A stretch of 64,000 nucleotides of DNA from a virus. The position numbers and the translations under genes are program-made. The first letter of the stretch is position 1. Every line of letters begins with the position of its first letter. This document shows positions 1 through 11,500 of this stretch, piece after piece. The stretch is from the IMG/VR virus record IMGVR_UViG_3300022200_000033, positions 13,078-77,077 of that record, one strand, 5' to 3'. The notes under the pieces were generated by a model. That model did not search any database. It worked only from the letters and a program-made list of their open reading frames with translations, and was not told the origin of the DNA.

Positions 1-341
1 ATAGTTATTGTAACATCGTTACCAATGGTGCTTGTTCCTGTATTAACTGGAGTTGCCGTAACAATTGGAATGTATTTAAAGTCTGAAGCAAAGTTTATTG
101 ACCATGGTTTTGTTGTGTTTGCAAAAACAGTTTCATCTGTAACAACATCAACATAACCTGCATAAAACTTTGCATTGTTGTTTTTTAGATCTTGTCTTCC
201 TACCGTTCTGGTATCAACGCTTGTATAGTTGTATGTTGCTGTAGAGATGCTATCTGATAAATCATTTACAGCATTTGCAATTTGATACAAATATGTTACG
301 TCAAGCGGTTGTCCACGGTCTGGAAGGGGTACTTTTGCCAT
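1..341 (-). CDS. Minor tail/baseplate protein, 3' end runs off the window (MAKVPLPDRGQPLDV...)
   Basis: Translated by hand from ATG 341 with a GGAGA RBS; open to the window edge; beta-rich 'F..IPIVTATP' segment typical of tail-tip domains. Confidence 0.7.
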   Translation of the reverse strand, partial: MAKVPLPDRGQPLDVTYLYQIANAVNDLSDSISTATYNYTSVDTRTVGRQDLKNNNAKFYAGYVDVVTDETVFANTTKPWSINFASDFKYIPIVTATPVNTGTSTIGNDVTIT

Positions 342-366
342 TATATTCTCCTAATCAATTATAGCA

Positions 367-1164
367 TTAAAGGGTAGTTATTAAATTGTCATACATTCTA
401 AGAGGATACCCTGTAAAAGATCCAGTTCCTGATCCAGTAGAGGTTAAGTCTTTCCTATCAGTATCAGTTAATGCATCTTCTATATTATCATACAATGCTA
501 TGGTTGTATAATCTATTGTTCTTGTATAGTAAGTGGTGTTGTTTACAAGTCCACCTATCGGTGTTGCGGATAGATAAAGTCCTGGGGTTCCTGAGCTTGA
601 TCCATGAAATGCACCAAAATCAATTACATTGTTTAATATATCTACAGTGGTAGAATTCTGAGGAAATTCATAAGTTTGATCGTATCTAATGATTGGCCTT
701 CCTGGTCTATATATTTCTGCATACATATATTTTATGCTGCCTCTGGTGATTCCATTGGAATCTACATATTCTGCTGGAATATTTATTCTAACTGACGTTG
801 AATATATTCTTTGATTGTATATCCAATCACTTGGATTATTTCCACTAGATTGTGCCCACCTAATCCAAACATCATAGTATGGAGTTTCAGATATTCTTTC
901 AAAAGAACCGTCAACAATTTTGTAAATTATGACAGGACTCCAAGTTAGATCAACAGAATCACTACCAAGCTTATCCAAATACAGGTATCCAGGAGTTTCC
1001 AATGTCCCTCTTTGATAAATATACTCTGGATCTACTTGAAATATTGGAGACCAGTTTGAAAAGTTATTTTTATTATCTGAAATTATTCTATATCTTACGG
1101 CATATTTTCCAGTATAAATATCTACTTCTTGAAAAGCTTCCTGAGGAATTGCTATTTGTGCCAT
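367..1164 (-). CDS. Minor tail protein with FN3/Ig-like segments
   Basis: 265-aa ORF coupled to the upstream gene; position in the tail block. Confidence 0.55.
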   Translation of the reverse strand: MAQIAIPQEAFQEVDIYTGKYAVRYRIISDNKNNFSNWSPIFQVDPEYIYQRGTLETPGYLYLDKLGSDSVDLTWSPVIIYKIVDGSFERISETPYYDVWIRWAQSSGNNPSDWIYNQRIYSTSVRINIPAEYVDSNGITRGSIKYMYAEIYRPGRPIIRYDQTYEFPQNSTTVDILNNVIDFGAFHGSSSGTPGLYLSATPIGGLVNNTTYYTRTIDYTTIALYDNIEDALTDTDRKDLTSTGSGTGSFTGYPLRMYDNLITTL

Positions 1165-2498
1165 TATCCTACATCCAAATTAAATCTAAACTCGATGTAG
1201 TTGTTTGTGTTTGTATATTTGTATATAGGCTGTCCATCACTCGTTCTTACTGCTGAGTAACCTACCATTCCATAGATTGGATTTGAACTTGTGGTGTTTT
1301 CTATTCTTATTCCTTCTAGTTCTACATAGTGAACTGGAGATGTTTTTTGTTCTCCGCCATCTGTATAAACAACTGAGGCAAATATTCTTGCAAGCCTAAC
1401 CTGTGCAGAACTAAAGTCTGGACTAGTTATAAGTTCTGAAATTGGAATCTCTACAACCTTGTACCTGTCTCCAGTAAAGTCTGTTCCATCAATTTCAATT
1501 TCTGCTTTTGCATATCCTGATGTAGTAGATGTTTCATTTTTGTAAAACTCAATCAATATCTTTACATAATCTGGGTCTGTTCCACTTCCTACAGCATCCC
1601 TATCGATTAAGCTAAAGGCAAGAGAGATTAAATCTGATGGAGCATTCTTTGAAATATCAAAGTTTATGGCATTAAGGTGTATGTGTGTTGATTGTGTAAA
1701 GGTTACGGTTCCTGTTGTTGCAACAGAAGATATTGTTGCAGATGAAGCAAAGGTTATCGTTGTGTCAGTTCTTGCTGTAATTACATGCTCTCCATCAAGA
1801 TCTACATCAGATATATCAACAAGTATGGTGTCTCCAATATTAAGCAAATGTGTTGATACTGTAAGAGTCGCTACGGAAGAGCCAGCTTCCTTATTGGTTA
1901 CAGCGTATGTCGGAGTTTCTGCTGACCAATTTCCAGCACTTCCCTGGATTACAGAAGAGTCACCCCGAAGAAGTATCTTGGAGTCAAGGAATCTTGGTCC
2001 TTCTTTTCTTGTCTTTCTGTCTAAGTTAGAAAAAACTAAGTTATCGCTCGAAGCTCTAAGTACTTTAAGATCTGTTGTTATATCTCCTCCGCTACCAAGT
2101 GGTATGGGTGTTGCAATTTCAGAGATTGAAGTATTATGTGCTTGCCAGGATTCTGAAAAGTTAAATAAAACCCTGCTGTCAAAGTTTCTTGCTAAGGAAT
2201 TGCTTCCTGCTGACCATAGTCCAATTTCGGTTATTTCATATCTATTTTCTTTTGGAAGCTCTGCTGTTAAGGATACCTTTGTTACTCCATTGTCGTCAAC
2301 AAATCCTTTTGATGTTATTGGAACGCGAGCCATCTCAAAGTCCATCTTTGTTTTTGCCGCTAAAGTTTCTGTAGTTGGGGGAGTATCATTTGCATCTAGG
2401 GGAACAGCCCCACAACCAATAGATATGTGACTAGCATATGTTGGTACCTGACCCAAAAGATACTTTGAGATAATTTCTTTTCCTGCGTTTGTAATCAT
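1164..2498 (-). CDS. Baseplate/tail-collar-like structural protein
   Basis: MITNAGKEIISKYL...ISIGCG...EITEIGLW N-terminus resembles tail-collar/baseplate wedge proteins. Confidence 0.6.
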   Translation of the reverse strand: MITNAGKEIISKYLLGQVPTYASHISIGCGAVPLDANDTPPTTETLAAKTKMDFEMARVPITSKGFVDDNGVTKVSLTAELPKENRYEITEIGLWSAGSNSLARNFDSRVLFNFSESWQAHNTSISEIATPIPLGSGGDITTDLKVLRASSDNLVFSNLDRKTRKEGPRFLDSKILLRGDSSVIQGSAGNWSAETPTYAVTNKEAGSSVATLTVSTHLLNIGDTILVDISDVDLDGEHVITARTDTTITFASSATISSVATTGTVTFTQSTHIHLNAINFDISKNAPSDLISLAFSLIDRDAVGSGTDPDYVKILIEFYKNETSTTSGYAKAEIEIDGTDFTGDRYKVVEIPISELITSPDFSSAQVRLARIFASVVYTDGGEQKTSPVHYVELEGIRIENTTSSNPIYGMVGYSAVRTSDGQPIYKYTNTNNYIEFRFNLDVG

Positions 2499-3121
2499 AG
2501 CTCAATCCTTGTCAGTGTTTCAGAAATAGAAACTTGCACTTCTATATTTTCTTCTGGTCTCATTATATCAATTTCCACAACAAGCCTACCTTGATCGTCA
2601 AAGACTGGCTCATACATTCCGCGTGATATTATGTCAATTGTAGCATTTCTTGTTTCATTTTGTGAAAGAAAGTCTGATTCAATTATGTTGTTTGGGTTAA
2701 ATCTTTGCCTTAATCTAGAAAGATTTGCAATTGGATTATACACCACATTGATGCCATCAATCAAATCGTGTCTAGAAAGATTAATAAGTTCTTGTCCACC
2801 AAGCTCTTCAAAAAATCTTTCAACAATGTAATCTCCAGTTGTATCTATCTCTGGATCAAGAACAATATCTGGCTGAGCCTGCTTTATACCCCTTGGAGCT
2901 TGATAAGTTGATGTTGTTATCCATGGATTAGGTGGTGTCGGTGGTGGTGGTGGAGGGGGTGGTGGAGAAGTATCTTTAATAGGTGCAGGAGATGTTTCAA
3001 CAGGGGGGACATAAGGCTTGTAAGACACATTACTACCAATAAAAGCGGCATTGGGATCAATGTTTTGCAAAAATCCACCATTAAAGTAAGCGTTCAACTG
3101 CTCTTGAGTTAGCTCAGCCAT
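2495..3121 (-). CDS. Virion protein with poly-proline linker
   Basis: 208-aa ORF with a PPPPPPPPPTPP tract; in the tail block. Confidence 0.55.
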   Translation of the reverse strand: MAELTQEQLNAYFNGGFLQNIDPNAAFIGSNVSYKPYVPPVETSPAPIKDTSPPPPPPPPPTPPNPWITTSTYQAPRGIKQAQPDIVLDPEIDTTGDYIVERFFEELGGQELINLSRHDLIDGINVVYNPIANLSRLRQRFNPNNIIESDFLSQNETRNATIDIISRGMYEPVFDDQGRLVVEIDIMRPEENIEVQVSISETLTRIEL

Positions 3122-3139
3122 TTATATCACCTAACATAA

Positions 3140-6100
3140 TTATACCTCTAGCAAGTATATCGTAGTTGATAGACCTGACGCATCCTTCTTGTATTCCATG
3201 TTATAGATAACAAATCTGCTTGTTTCTGGAGATATAATATCTATTCCTTGACCTTGAGCATCTTTATAATTAATATTAACAATGTCTCCTAATTGAAGAT
3301 TAGTTGTGCCAAAAGTATTAACTCCAACTGCTTTTTTAGGAACGGATACCTTGTCGATTACCCATCCAAAAACATCTTCAGCAGCATCAGAAGTTTGAAT
3401 GTATGGGCTGTCTATCGGTGTAAATTGATGAACACCATACTTTATTCTTGAGTTTTTAATCTTATTGTATTCCTCTAACACTCTAAATGGATTTGATATG
3501 GTTGAGGATTTTCCAAGATCTGAATTAGATAATATTGATTTACTCTTGTAGTAGTCATCAACATTAAGATTATAGGTTGTGTCTTGCGTAAATGCAATTC
3601 CTGAAATTCTTAAATAGTTTCCAGAAGTATCGTCAAGGTTTAGATTAAAGTCGGTACAGTTAAAGATTAAGAAGTCTGCCCCATACGATCCTGCATAGAA
3701 TCCTGAAACAGAATATCCTTTGACCCTATTCATAGTATTCATTAATCTTGCGTAGAGTGCAGGATAGGCCCTATCGTACTTGACATTAAAGTATGCAACT
3801 TCTCTTAAAATTGTTCCAAACTCTTCAAAGTACATTCTATACTTTGGTGGTTCTGCACTACTTATTCCAGAAAGGTATGTCTTTTGGATTATCCCACTAA
3901 TTGCATACTTTCTTAATGCCTCAGAAGCATCAACTAGGTCATCACCAAATACCTTTGAGATCCCAGAGTCTACGGTAAACGTTGTGCTTTCTGAATAATT
4001 ATTGGCTAAAGCATAAACATTCTCGAACATACACCTGGAAGACCCTCTTGTAAATACCGCCATGTTATTGTACTCTGGCAATGGGTCTATGTCATCTACA
4101 GTAGATATTTGCTTTCCATTTAAATATAAAAAGAATCTTCTTGCAGATCCAATGTTAATGTACTCTGCAGACATGTCATATACAGTTGTTGAAGATTCTC
4201 CAGCCAATCTATTCTGTCCAACAAACTCTCCACTATCTACGTTTATTTGACCAAGACCAGACCAAAGTCTTACTGGTATAGCAGATCCACTCCCATCTGA
4301 AACAATTTTGTAAAAATATATGTTTGCAATGTTTGTAGCTTCTTGAATAGATTGCGAAGCAACTCCACCCGTGCTTGATGTTGTTGTTAGAGGTGTTGGC
4401 GATGTTATCACATATTTAAAAGATTTTTTATCTGGAAATATTGATGTAATAGCATATTCTCCATTTAGTGGAGTCCTAGTATTAGTTGGGTCATTTGCAT
4501 CTACTAGACCAGAGATTAAAACACTTTCTCCAACCTGAAAATCAAACTGTCTTTCTGTGTAAACGGTTACTTCATTTGCTACACATGACGGGCTTGGAGA
4601 TGAAAGAATGTTTGCAACTTTTACTCCAGCATTATTGTCAGAAACATAATCCCCAACATTATCAGCAGTTAAAGCTACAATTTCAAAAAAGTATCCATTA
4701 TTAGTTTCTTTATTTACTCCTATCCCAATCCCTCCAGAGCCACCATAGATTCTTACCTGTTGGTCTGGTGCATTCTGAGATACGTTGCTAGAAGATGAAT
4801 ATAGCTCTAATCCAGAAGATCCCTCAAAAATTGGATAGCCGCCGATAGGAGTTTGAGACTTATCTGTTCCAGACTCCACCTTACCAACAATTCTCATCCT
4901 TGTTCCAAAATGCTTGTAGGGAATTGCCTCTCCGTTTTGATCAATAAAGTCTTTGTAGACGTAAGAGATAAAGGATGATGCAGGAAGAGCATCTGTAAAC
5001 TTTGGACCATTTAGTATTAAGGCAGATGATTGAATAGTTCCTGGTCCAGTTGTTTTATAATAATTTACCTCTGATTCAGTTGCATAACTATCTGCCAGAA
5101 AGTTTTTAATAATTCCATTTCTTGTTGAAGATTCAGAAAAGGAATCCGCATCAATGTATGGAGACGTTTGAATTTTACCAGCAGTTCCCTGTTGAAGGGT
5201 GGTTGGATATTCAATATAAGACCCTGTAGTGAATAGGTATTTTGATGCATCCATTATGCAACCTCGAACATATAAGTTATCTGACCAATAGCTATCGCTA
5301 CTAAGTCCTGCAGAGTGTGCTGTTATGGGGGTTCCAAACTGTCCTCTGCCATGTTCTATAATTTCTCCATTTTTAATATTTGTTATGCCATCAATAATTT
5401 CATACTCTGGCTTTGTGTATATTCTTACATTTCCCGTAGGAAACATTTTTCCATTAAAAGTAAGTCTAGAGAAATAATCTTGATACTCTTGATTGCTTGT
5501 AACCCACACTGGCTCAATCTCTCCAGAAACAGAGTACTCTACTGCATCAAACTTAATAACTTCTCCATTTGCATAAAAGTATCCAGAGTATGATGGAATC
5601 CAATACACATTCTCTCCAACATCAATCACGTTGTTGTAAACTGTATTATTTAATGAGTATGGAACCTCTTCTGTTAAGTTTGTGTTTAGTGGTACTGCTC
5701 CAAGCGTATATCCTGAGTTCTGTGCCCCTAGCTGGTTTATTGTTTTTGTTGCTTCTCTTCCTTGAACTTCCCACAAAAGAACGGGCTTGTAGATATACTC
5801 TTTGTATTGATCTAGTTTTTGCGCTGTTGCCGTTGATCCAATAGATCTTTGAATATATCTGGTTGTGTAATTTATTTCACCATCATTGTAGACAAGTTTA
5901 TCTTGTGAAGAAAGATTGATGATGTTTGGAAGATTGTCCCCCTCCACCTGTCCATACATAGTTGTATCGGTTACTCTTTCATCCTCACTGTTTGGAAGCA
6001 GGTATTCCTTAGACATTATAACAAGGTTGTTATATTCATCAAAGAACATTGTTGACTGACTGGCTACCGCTAATTTTTGTAGCATTTCTGCAACATTTTG

Positions 6101-7924
6101 ATCAGGTTCGACAAAGAAATATGGGATCGTTGTTTCTGGGTATCCAGCAACTCTTTTAAATGTGTAGTTTGAAAATCCTATGTAGTCAAGCAATACCGTT
6201 ATCGCCCAGCTTAAAGATACATCTGTCAGCAGGAGCTCTGGGGCTGGTCTTGACTCAAGAAGAAAAAACAAGTCTCTTATGGTTACGCTTATTGTTGCTG
6301 CTTCTCCAGTAACCTGTGGAAATGACTCGCTATACATTGTCTTTACTGGAATGAAGTAGTCTATTCCATCTACCTCTTTTGTGATGTCGTAGAATAAAAA
6401 CTTTATTGGCATGTCTAAATAGTTTGCTAGGATGCTTCCTCTGTAGTCCTCAAAGTTAAAGACATTGTTTTGATTAAAAGAAAAGTCTGTATCAAAAACT
6501 TCAATCTGTCCTGTTGATGCAGAAAGTCCACCTACAGGTATAGATCCATTTCCAAGGTCTGACATTGTTTTTGTTATTGAGAATGACAAAACGCTTTCAC
6601 TCATTTCAACCAAAAGTCTTGGAGAAAGTTCTATTAGGTCAAATGTACAACCACTTTTATTCATTGTTTCAATAACTAACCTCATACCACCTAACCATTC
6701 GAACTCTCTAAACACTGGGTTGTTATTTGCATCATAAAAGTAATCTGGATTTGCTGGCTGTGTCACAAAGTTACTATTATAGTTAATCAATTCATCTGAC
6801 ACTGCCCAGGAGTAGTCTGGAGTAAAAGACACCCATTCTTCATTTATAAAAATCCACATCGTACCTAAATCATGGTCTGACTCTTTAACTAGGTAGGTAT
6901 ATCCTTCTGGAGCAGTATCTGGAAGTAGGGTTGAGTTTGGGATGGTGTCAGCAAATATAAAAATATCTCTATACTCTAATGGAATCTGTAATCCATAAGA
7001 TATTTCAACGTGACCGTCAAAACCAATTATAGGAGTTCCGTCAGACCTTAAAGATACGTCATCAAAAGATATCATAGTTACCCAACTATCATCTTCATCT
7101 AGCTTTTCAATTCTCCATCGAACTGGTGTAGTCTTATTATTGTCACCAAATAGCGGATCTTGTATTGATGTGTTTCCATATCTTAAGGTTCCTAAATCGA
7201 CACCTCCTACGTTTGTCTGCATCTTAACAACAATCTTGTTTGCTGGAACCTGGTTTTCATAGACAACAAAAGGAACAGAGTCTTCGATAGAGTGATTGCC
7301 ATTTACCAAAAACGAAATCCCTCTTTCAACTTGACGCAATTCTGATGTAGCACTTTCCCCAGGTCTTGGACTTGGAACCCCATATTCTGTTCTATAAGAA
7401 GTCCAGTATTTAAATAAATCATCTTTGTGAGACATATAGTATCTTGGCCTGTTAACAATGTATCCTTGATTTACTTCTTGTAAATCTGTTACCTTGTTGA
7501 TTGGAGATGGATTGGTTATGTACTGCGCTGTTTCGTATGTTGAACCAATGTTTCCAAGGTACAGTGGTTTGTTTATTCCTGACCTTGGTCTATGAGGACT
7601 TATACAATCATTTAAAGAATAAAGAAGCTTCATCTTTTCTTTAGGAGAGATAAACAGTGTTGGTTGATCTTGATCATCAAAGCCACTTTGGATAGCAACG
7701 TCAGAATCTGTTGCTCCTGTATACCAGTTTCCAATGTCTAATTCATCATAGTTTACGGGAAGAAGGTAGTATTCAGATCCAGAATACGTTGGTCTATAAC
7801 GATAGTTTCCAAGGTTTTTAATGTTTCCTGGCTGATTCATATTCCATTCAGCATATACCGCTGACTCAACTTTAACTGTATCTGAAGTTTTCAGATGATT
7901 TTCAAGTTCTTCTGATTGAAACAT
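3140..7924 (-). CDS. Large minor tail/baseplate hub protein
   Basis: 1594 aa, second gene after the tape measure (Tal/hub position); C-terminal 'NLQLGDIVNINY' motif typical of hub proteins. Confidence 0.7.
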   Translation of the reverse strand: MFQSEELENHLKTSDTVKVESAVYAEWNMNQPGNIKNLGNYRYRPTYSGSEYYLLPVNYDELDIGNWYTGATDSDVAIQSGFDDQDQPTLFISPKEKMKLLYSLNDCISPHRPRSGINKPLYLGNIGSTYETAQYITNPSPINKVTDLQEVNQGYIVNRPRYYMSHKDDLFKYWTSYRTEYGVPSPRPGESATSELRQVERGISFLVNGNHSIEDSVPFVVYENQVPANKIVVKMQTNVGGVDLGTLRYGNTSIQDPLFGDNNKTTPVRWRIEKLDEDDSWVTMISFDDVSLRSDGTPIIGFDGHVEISYGLQIPLEYRDIFIFADTIPNSTLLPDTAPEGYTYLVKESDHDLGTMWIFINEEWVSFTPDYSWAVSDELINYNSNFVTQPANPDYFYDANNNPVFREFEWLGGMRLVIETMNKSGCTFDLIELSPRLLVEMSESVLSFSITKTMSDLGNGSIPVGGLSASTGQIEVFDTDFSFNQNNVFNFEDYRGSILANYLDMPIKFLFYDITKEVDGIDYFIPVKTMYSESFPQVTGEAATISVTIRDLFFLLESRPAPELLLTDVSLSWAITVLLDYIGFSNYTFKRVAGYPETTIPYFFVEPDQNVAEMLQKLAVASQSTMFFDEYNNLVIMSKEYLLPNSEDERVTDTTMYGQVEGDNLPNIINLSSQDKLVYNDGEINYTTRYIQRSIGSTATAQKLDQYKEYIYKPVLLWEVQGREATKTINQLGAQNSGYTLGAVPLNTNLTEEVPYSLNNTVYNNVIDVGENVYWIPSYSGYFYANGEVIKFDAVEYSVSGEIEPVWVTSNQEYQDYFSRLTFNGKMFPTGNVRIYTKPEYEIIDGITNIKNGEIIEHGRGQFGTPITAHSAGLSSDSYWSDNLYVRGCIMDASKYLFTTGSYIEYPTTLQQGTAGKIQTSPYIDADSFSESSTRNGIIKNFLADSYATESEVNYYKTTGPGTIQSSALILNGPKFTDALPASSFISYVYKDFIDQNGEAIPYKHFGTRMRIVGKVESGTDKSQTPIGGYPIFEGSSGLELYSSSSNVSQNAPDQQVRIYGGSGGIGIGVNKETNNGYFFEIVALTADNVGDYVSDNNAGVKVANILSSPSPSCVANEVTVYTERQFDFQVGESVLISGLVDANDPTNTRTPLNGEYAITSIFPDKKSFKYVITSPTPLTTTSSTGGVASQSIQEATNIANIYFYKIVSDGSGSAIPVRLWSGLGQINVDSGEFVGQNRLAGESSTTVYDMSAEYINIGSARRFFLYLNGKQISTVDDIDPLPEYNNMAVFTRGSSRCMFENVYALANNYSESTTFTVDSGISKVFGDDLVDASEALRKYAISGIIQKTYLSGISSAEPPKYRMYFEEFGTILREVAYFNVKYDRAYPALYARLMNTMNRVKGYSVSGFYAGSYGADFLIFNCTDFNLNLDDTSGNYLRISGIAFTQDTTYNLNVDDYYKSKSILSNSDLGKSSTISNPFRVLEEYNKIKNSRIKYGVHQFTPIDSPYIQTSDAAEDVFGWVIDKVSVPKKAVGVNTFGTTNLQLGDIVNINYKDAQGQGIDIISPETSRFVIYNMEYKKDASGLSTTIYLLEV

Positions 7925-8560
7925 TTATACTTCTTCCAGGGATATGTTAATATTCCAAAAGTCATGTCCAGAAGTTGTTTGGTTTGACCAGATTCCGCCT
8001 CTTTTTTCAATTGAATAATCAAAAGAAGATATGTACATTTTTAGAACCTGATTATACACTCTAAGTTTTTCAAAGTTTTTTGTGCCATTTATATTAAATT
8101 TGTCATAGCCAAGGAATACATAGAATGGTCCAGAGTGGTTTTCATACCAGTTTAACAAGTCAACTCCCCCTGCACCGCCGTCAACTGTGTACATTGTGTA
8201 TGTGGATGGATTGTCTGTTATTTCTCCATTAGCTGGATTGAAGTCAACGTCTGCAGAAAATGCTCTAGAAGGAATCCTATTCCAAGATGTGGAAAGGTTT
8301 AGCTTGTCTGCAGTCCAGTACGAGCGCATGTTTCCGTTTACCATCCTTTGTCTTGATTCAATTCTTTGCTGAGACATGGAAATCTCTCCCCTATTTCCAT
8401 CTGTTAAGATAATGAAGTCTGTTCCCTCTGTTCCTGTAGGGACATATGAGCCACTATCAAGTGTTCCTGAGTTATCTGAAAATAACAAAGCTTGGGGTCT
8501 TGTAGCACCCCTTAGATAGGACCTGCGACCTTCCATATACGAACTAGTAGCCACGACCAC
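7925..8560 (-). CDS. Distal tail (Dit-like) protein
   Basis: Immediately after the tape measure; size and synteny. Confidence 0.6.
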   Translation of the reverse strand: MVVATSSYMEGRRSYLRGATRPQALLFSDNSGTLDSGSYVPTGTEGTDFIILTDGNRGEISMSQQRIESRQRMVNGNMRSYWTADKLNLSTSWNRIPSRAFSADVDFNPANGEITDNPSTYTMYTVDGGAGGVDLLNWYENHSGPFYVFLGYDKFNINGTKNFEKLRVYNQVLKMYISSFDYSIEKRGGIWSNQTTSGHDFWNINISLEEV

Positions 8561-11500
8561 TCCTTATCTGTGTGCCCTGCATTTGCTTAATTTTTGCAAT
8601 TGTTATATTTGCAATTTCATCTGCAGAAGCTCCAGCGTTACTAACATTAACTCCAACGCTATAACTATTATACATGGGAGCAGAGATGTTTGTCGAATTG
8701 TTGGACTCCATCTTTGTCATACCTTCAGACTTAGGCATACTATATTTTGGCATTGAAAATGATCCCTGGTTTATTGATGAAAGCATAGGCATTCCATACT
8801 TATCTACCATTGATTTACGAATAACGAACTCTCCTGGAGTAAGTCTTGCAGAAACAGAGTCTCTAGATCCATTGCCAGCAACTCCGCCTGCCATCATTCC
8901 AGGAGGTGGTTCGTTAGAGGTGTACTTGAGTAAACCTCCTGCTGCATACCCCTTAATCATTCCTCCAGCGTAGTGAACTTGACCAGTACCATACCTGATG
9001 TTTCCTAGGGCTGGATTTCCTCCTGCATCTGTTGGCCCTACTGATGCTTTGGCAAGTGCTTCTCTTGCAGCATTACCTGCGGCAATCCAGGCATCCCTGT
9101 ACTCGTTAACCTTTGTAACGTTGCCAGCAATTGATGCAACTAGCGCGGCATTCTCATCTTTTTGTCTTTGAAATTCATCTGCCGTGAGTCCTGCAGCGGT
9201 AAGATTACTAAGCGCAATGTCAAGAGCCTTTTGATGATTTTCTAGTATTCTAGAGTGTTGATTGTTTTGATTTGTTAGTGGCTCAATCATATCTTCATTG
9301 ATATTGTAAATTTCATTAGTAAGTCTACGAACCTCAAGACTGTTTGCATAAATCTTATCTTCTTCCATTCTAATCATTAAGCTTGCTTGATAAGACTGTT
9401 CTTTTATATCTGCAATTTGTCTTTCAGCTTCTTCTCTTGTTAAGCCCTCGCTTGTTCTGAGAGAATCAATAGCATTCTGCTTCCCCTGTTCAAGACCTGC
9501 TCTTGCTTGATCCTGTGCATCCTTTGCTTGATTCTGACGCATTGCTTGTGCAGCTGCTGTTGCAGCATAGATATCTCCTTCTGACAAAGCTTGAGAAATT
9601 CCCAATTGATCTTTTTGTTGTTGCAGTATTCTGTTGTTTAGTTCTTGAACTTTGTTAAGGGCACTAATTCTTTTATCGTATGCCTCAGAAATCTTGGTCT
9701 CTTGTTGACCCATAAGATCAAGTTCATGAGAAAGAGCATCTGAAACCCTGTTTCTTAATTCATCTTGTCTTTGAAGATCATCAATATTTTGACTGGTTAA
9801 GTCATTGATGCGCTCGTAATCATCAATTTCTTCTTGTTTTCCGTCAATAAGGTCTTGCTGTATTTGAATTAACTCTTCATTTGCATCAATTTGTTTTTGA
9901 ATTTCTTTTGTTGTTTTTTGTTCTGCCCCGTAACGCTTTTCTGCAAACTCATTTTCTACCCTTGTTTTCTCAACATCAAAGGCCATGCCTACTGTATTTG
10001 AGTATTCTGACCATGCCTTATTAAGTTCATCTACTGGATCTTTTGCTTCTTTTGTTACTGCAATAAATTCCTCAAATGCCGCAACAACTTCTTTGACAGA
10101 CTTTCCACCCCTGCCTGCTTTTGCCTCCAAAAGAGTAAAGACATAATCTGTGTTTGAGGCAAGACTCTTTGCATCTTCTTCGCTAAACCCTTGATCTATT
10201 AACATTGATTCAGCTCTACCCGATCTCTTTTTTGTTTTTATCTCATCTTGCATTCCTCTAAGAGTTTCGGCAATAGTAGCCTTTCTGTATTTCGCAAGCA
10301 ACTCTTTAACTTTTTTCTTATTTGCATTAAGGAGTTCTTGTGCTCTTTTTATTCCTTCTTCTCCACCACCAATTGCTTCAATTATTTGTTGCGGAATTGC
10401 TGGGAATTTTTTCTTTATTTTATCTAACATTCTAGGGAACATTTGTAGATTTGCTTCAGTCTCAGCAATTAAATCTTCTAGCCATGATCTTGTTTCTGAA
10501 CCTCCACCAGTATCTTCGGTATCGTCCGTTGTATCACCTTCTGTTTCTGTCGTTACACTATCTGTTCCTGGAGCAAGGGCCCCCATAGCAGCACTCAAAA
10601 GTCTGAGCCTTTCTGCTTTTATCCATCTTTCAGCAGCATCTGGCGACATACCTTTTGGAACATCTAACTCTAAAGACATAAGAGCGGCAACAGCAATTTT
10701 TACAGAAGATGGTGCCTTAGCAAAATCTTCAAGACCCATGCTCATAGCCTTTAATCCAGCAGCAACGTTTCCTGGCGCTTCTCCAAAAACTACTTCAGCT
10801 TGCTTTTTAGCGTTTTTCTTACTTTGGAATAGTTCATAGTTTTTAGAAATTTTTTGTAAAGCAGTAGCACCAATTGCTTCTACGGTAAGGTTTTTTCTTA
10901 CTGAAGGAGGAAGTGTTTCTAAGTCTTTCAAAACGCTTGTCATGTTTTCTAACTCTTCAACACTCATACCCTCTGCAGCCAGAACCAAGGTAGCTCTAAC
11001 TTTTTCTGGTAAATCTTCTGGAAGCTTAAGCAAGAAATTTCCAAAAGCAAGAATTTCTTCTGGACTCTTACCTTCTGTTTCTAATGAAATAAGAAATTCA
11101 GATCTTGCAGTCTCCCCCAGGCTTGCATAAATTCTTTCTACTTCGTTTGCCTGATCAAAATCTCCTTCTACCCTTAAGCCCATGGTTACCCCAAGAACCT
11201 TTGAGGCTTCTCCCCTACCACCTTGCTCACGATAAAGATCGTCTAGAATTTTAGAAGCTTCTGGATCTGACTCTCCAATTGATAAATCAAATATCATTTG
11301 ATATCTAATTTCTCTTTGCTTTTGCTCATCTAGGGCTGGCAACCCAGCCTGCCTTCTTTGAATCTCCATTGCAATTCGAGCAGATGCTAGCATTTTGTCA
11401 GTATCTAGCCCTTCTGTGCTAGCCTCAACAGATCTTTGCATCCCAGTAAGAGTTTCTCTTCCAATATCTGACAGTTTTCCGTCTTCTTCGGTTAAAGAGT

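Noticed and set aside
1666-2430. 254-aa plus-strand ORF (also 13504-13968, 30315-30851, 46006-46578)
   Set aside because: Antisense shadows of strong minus-strand genes; no RBS or family motifs
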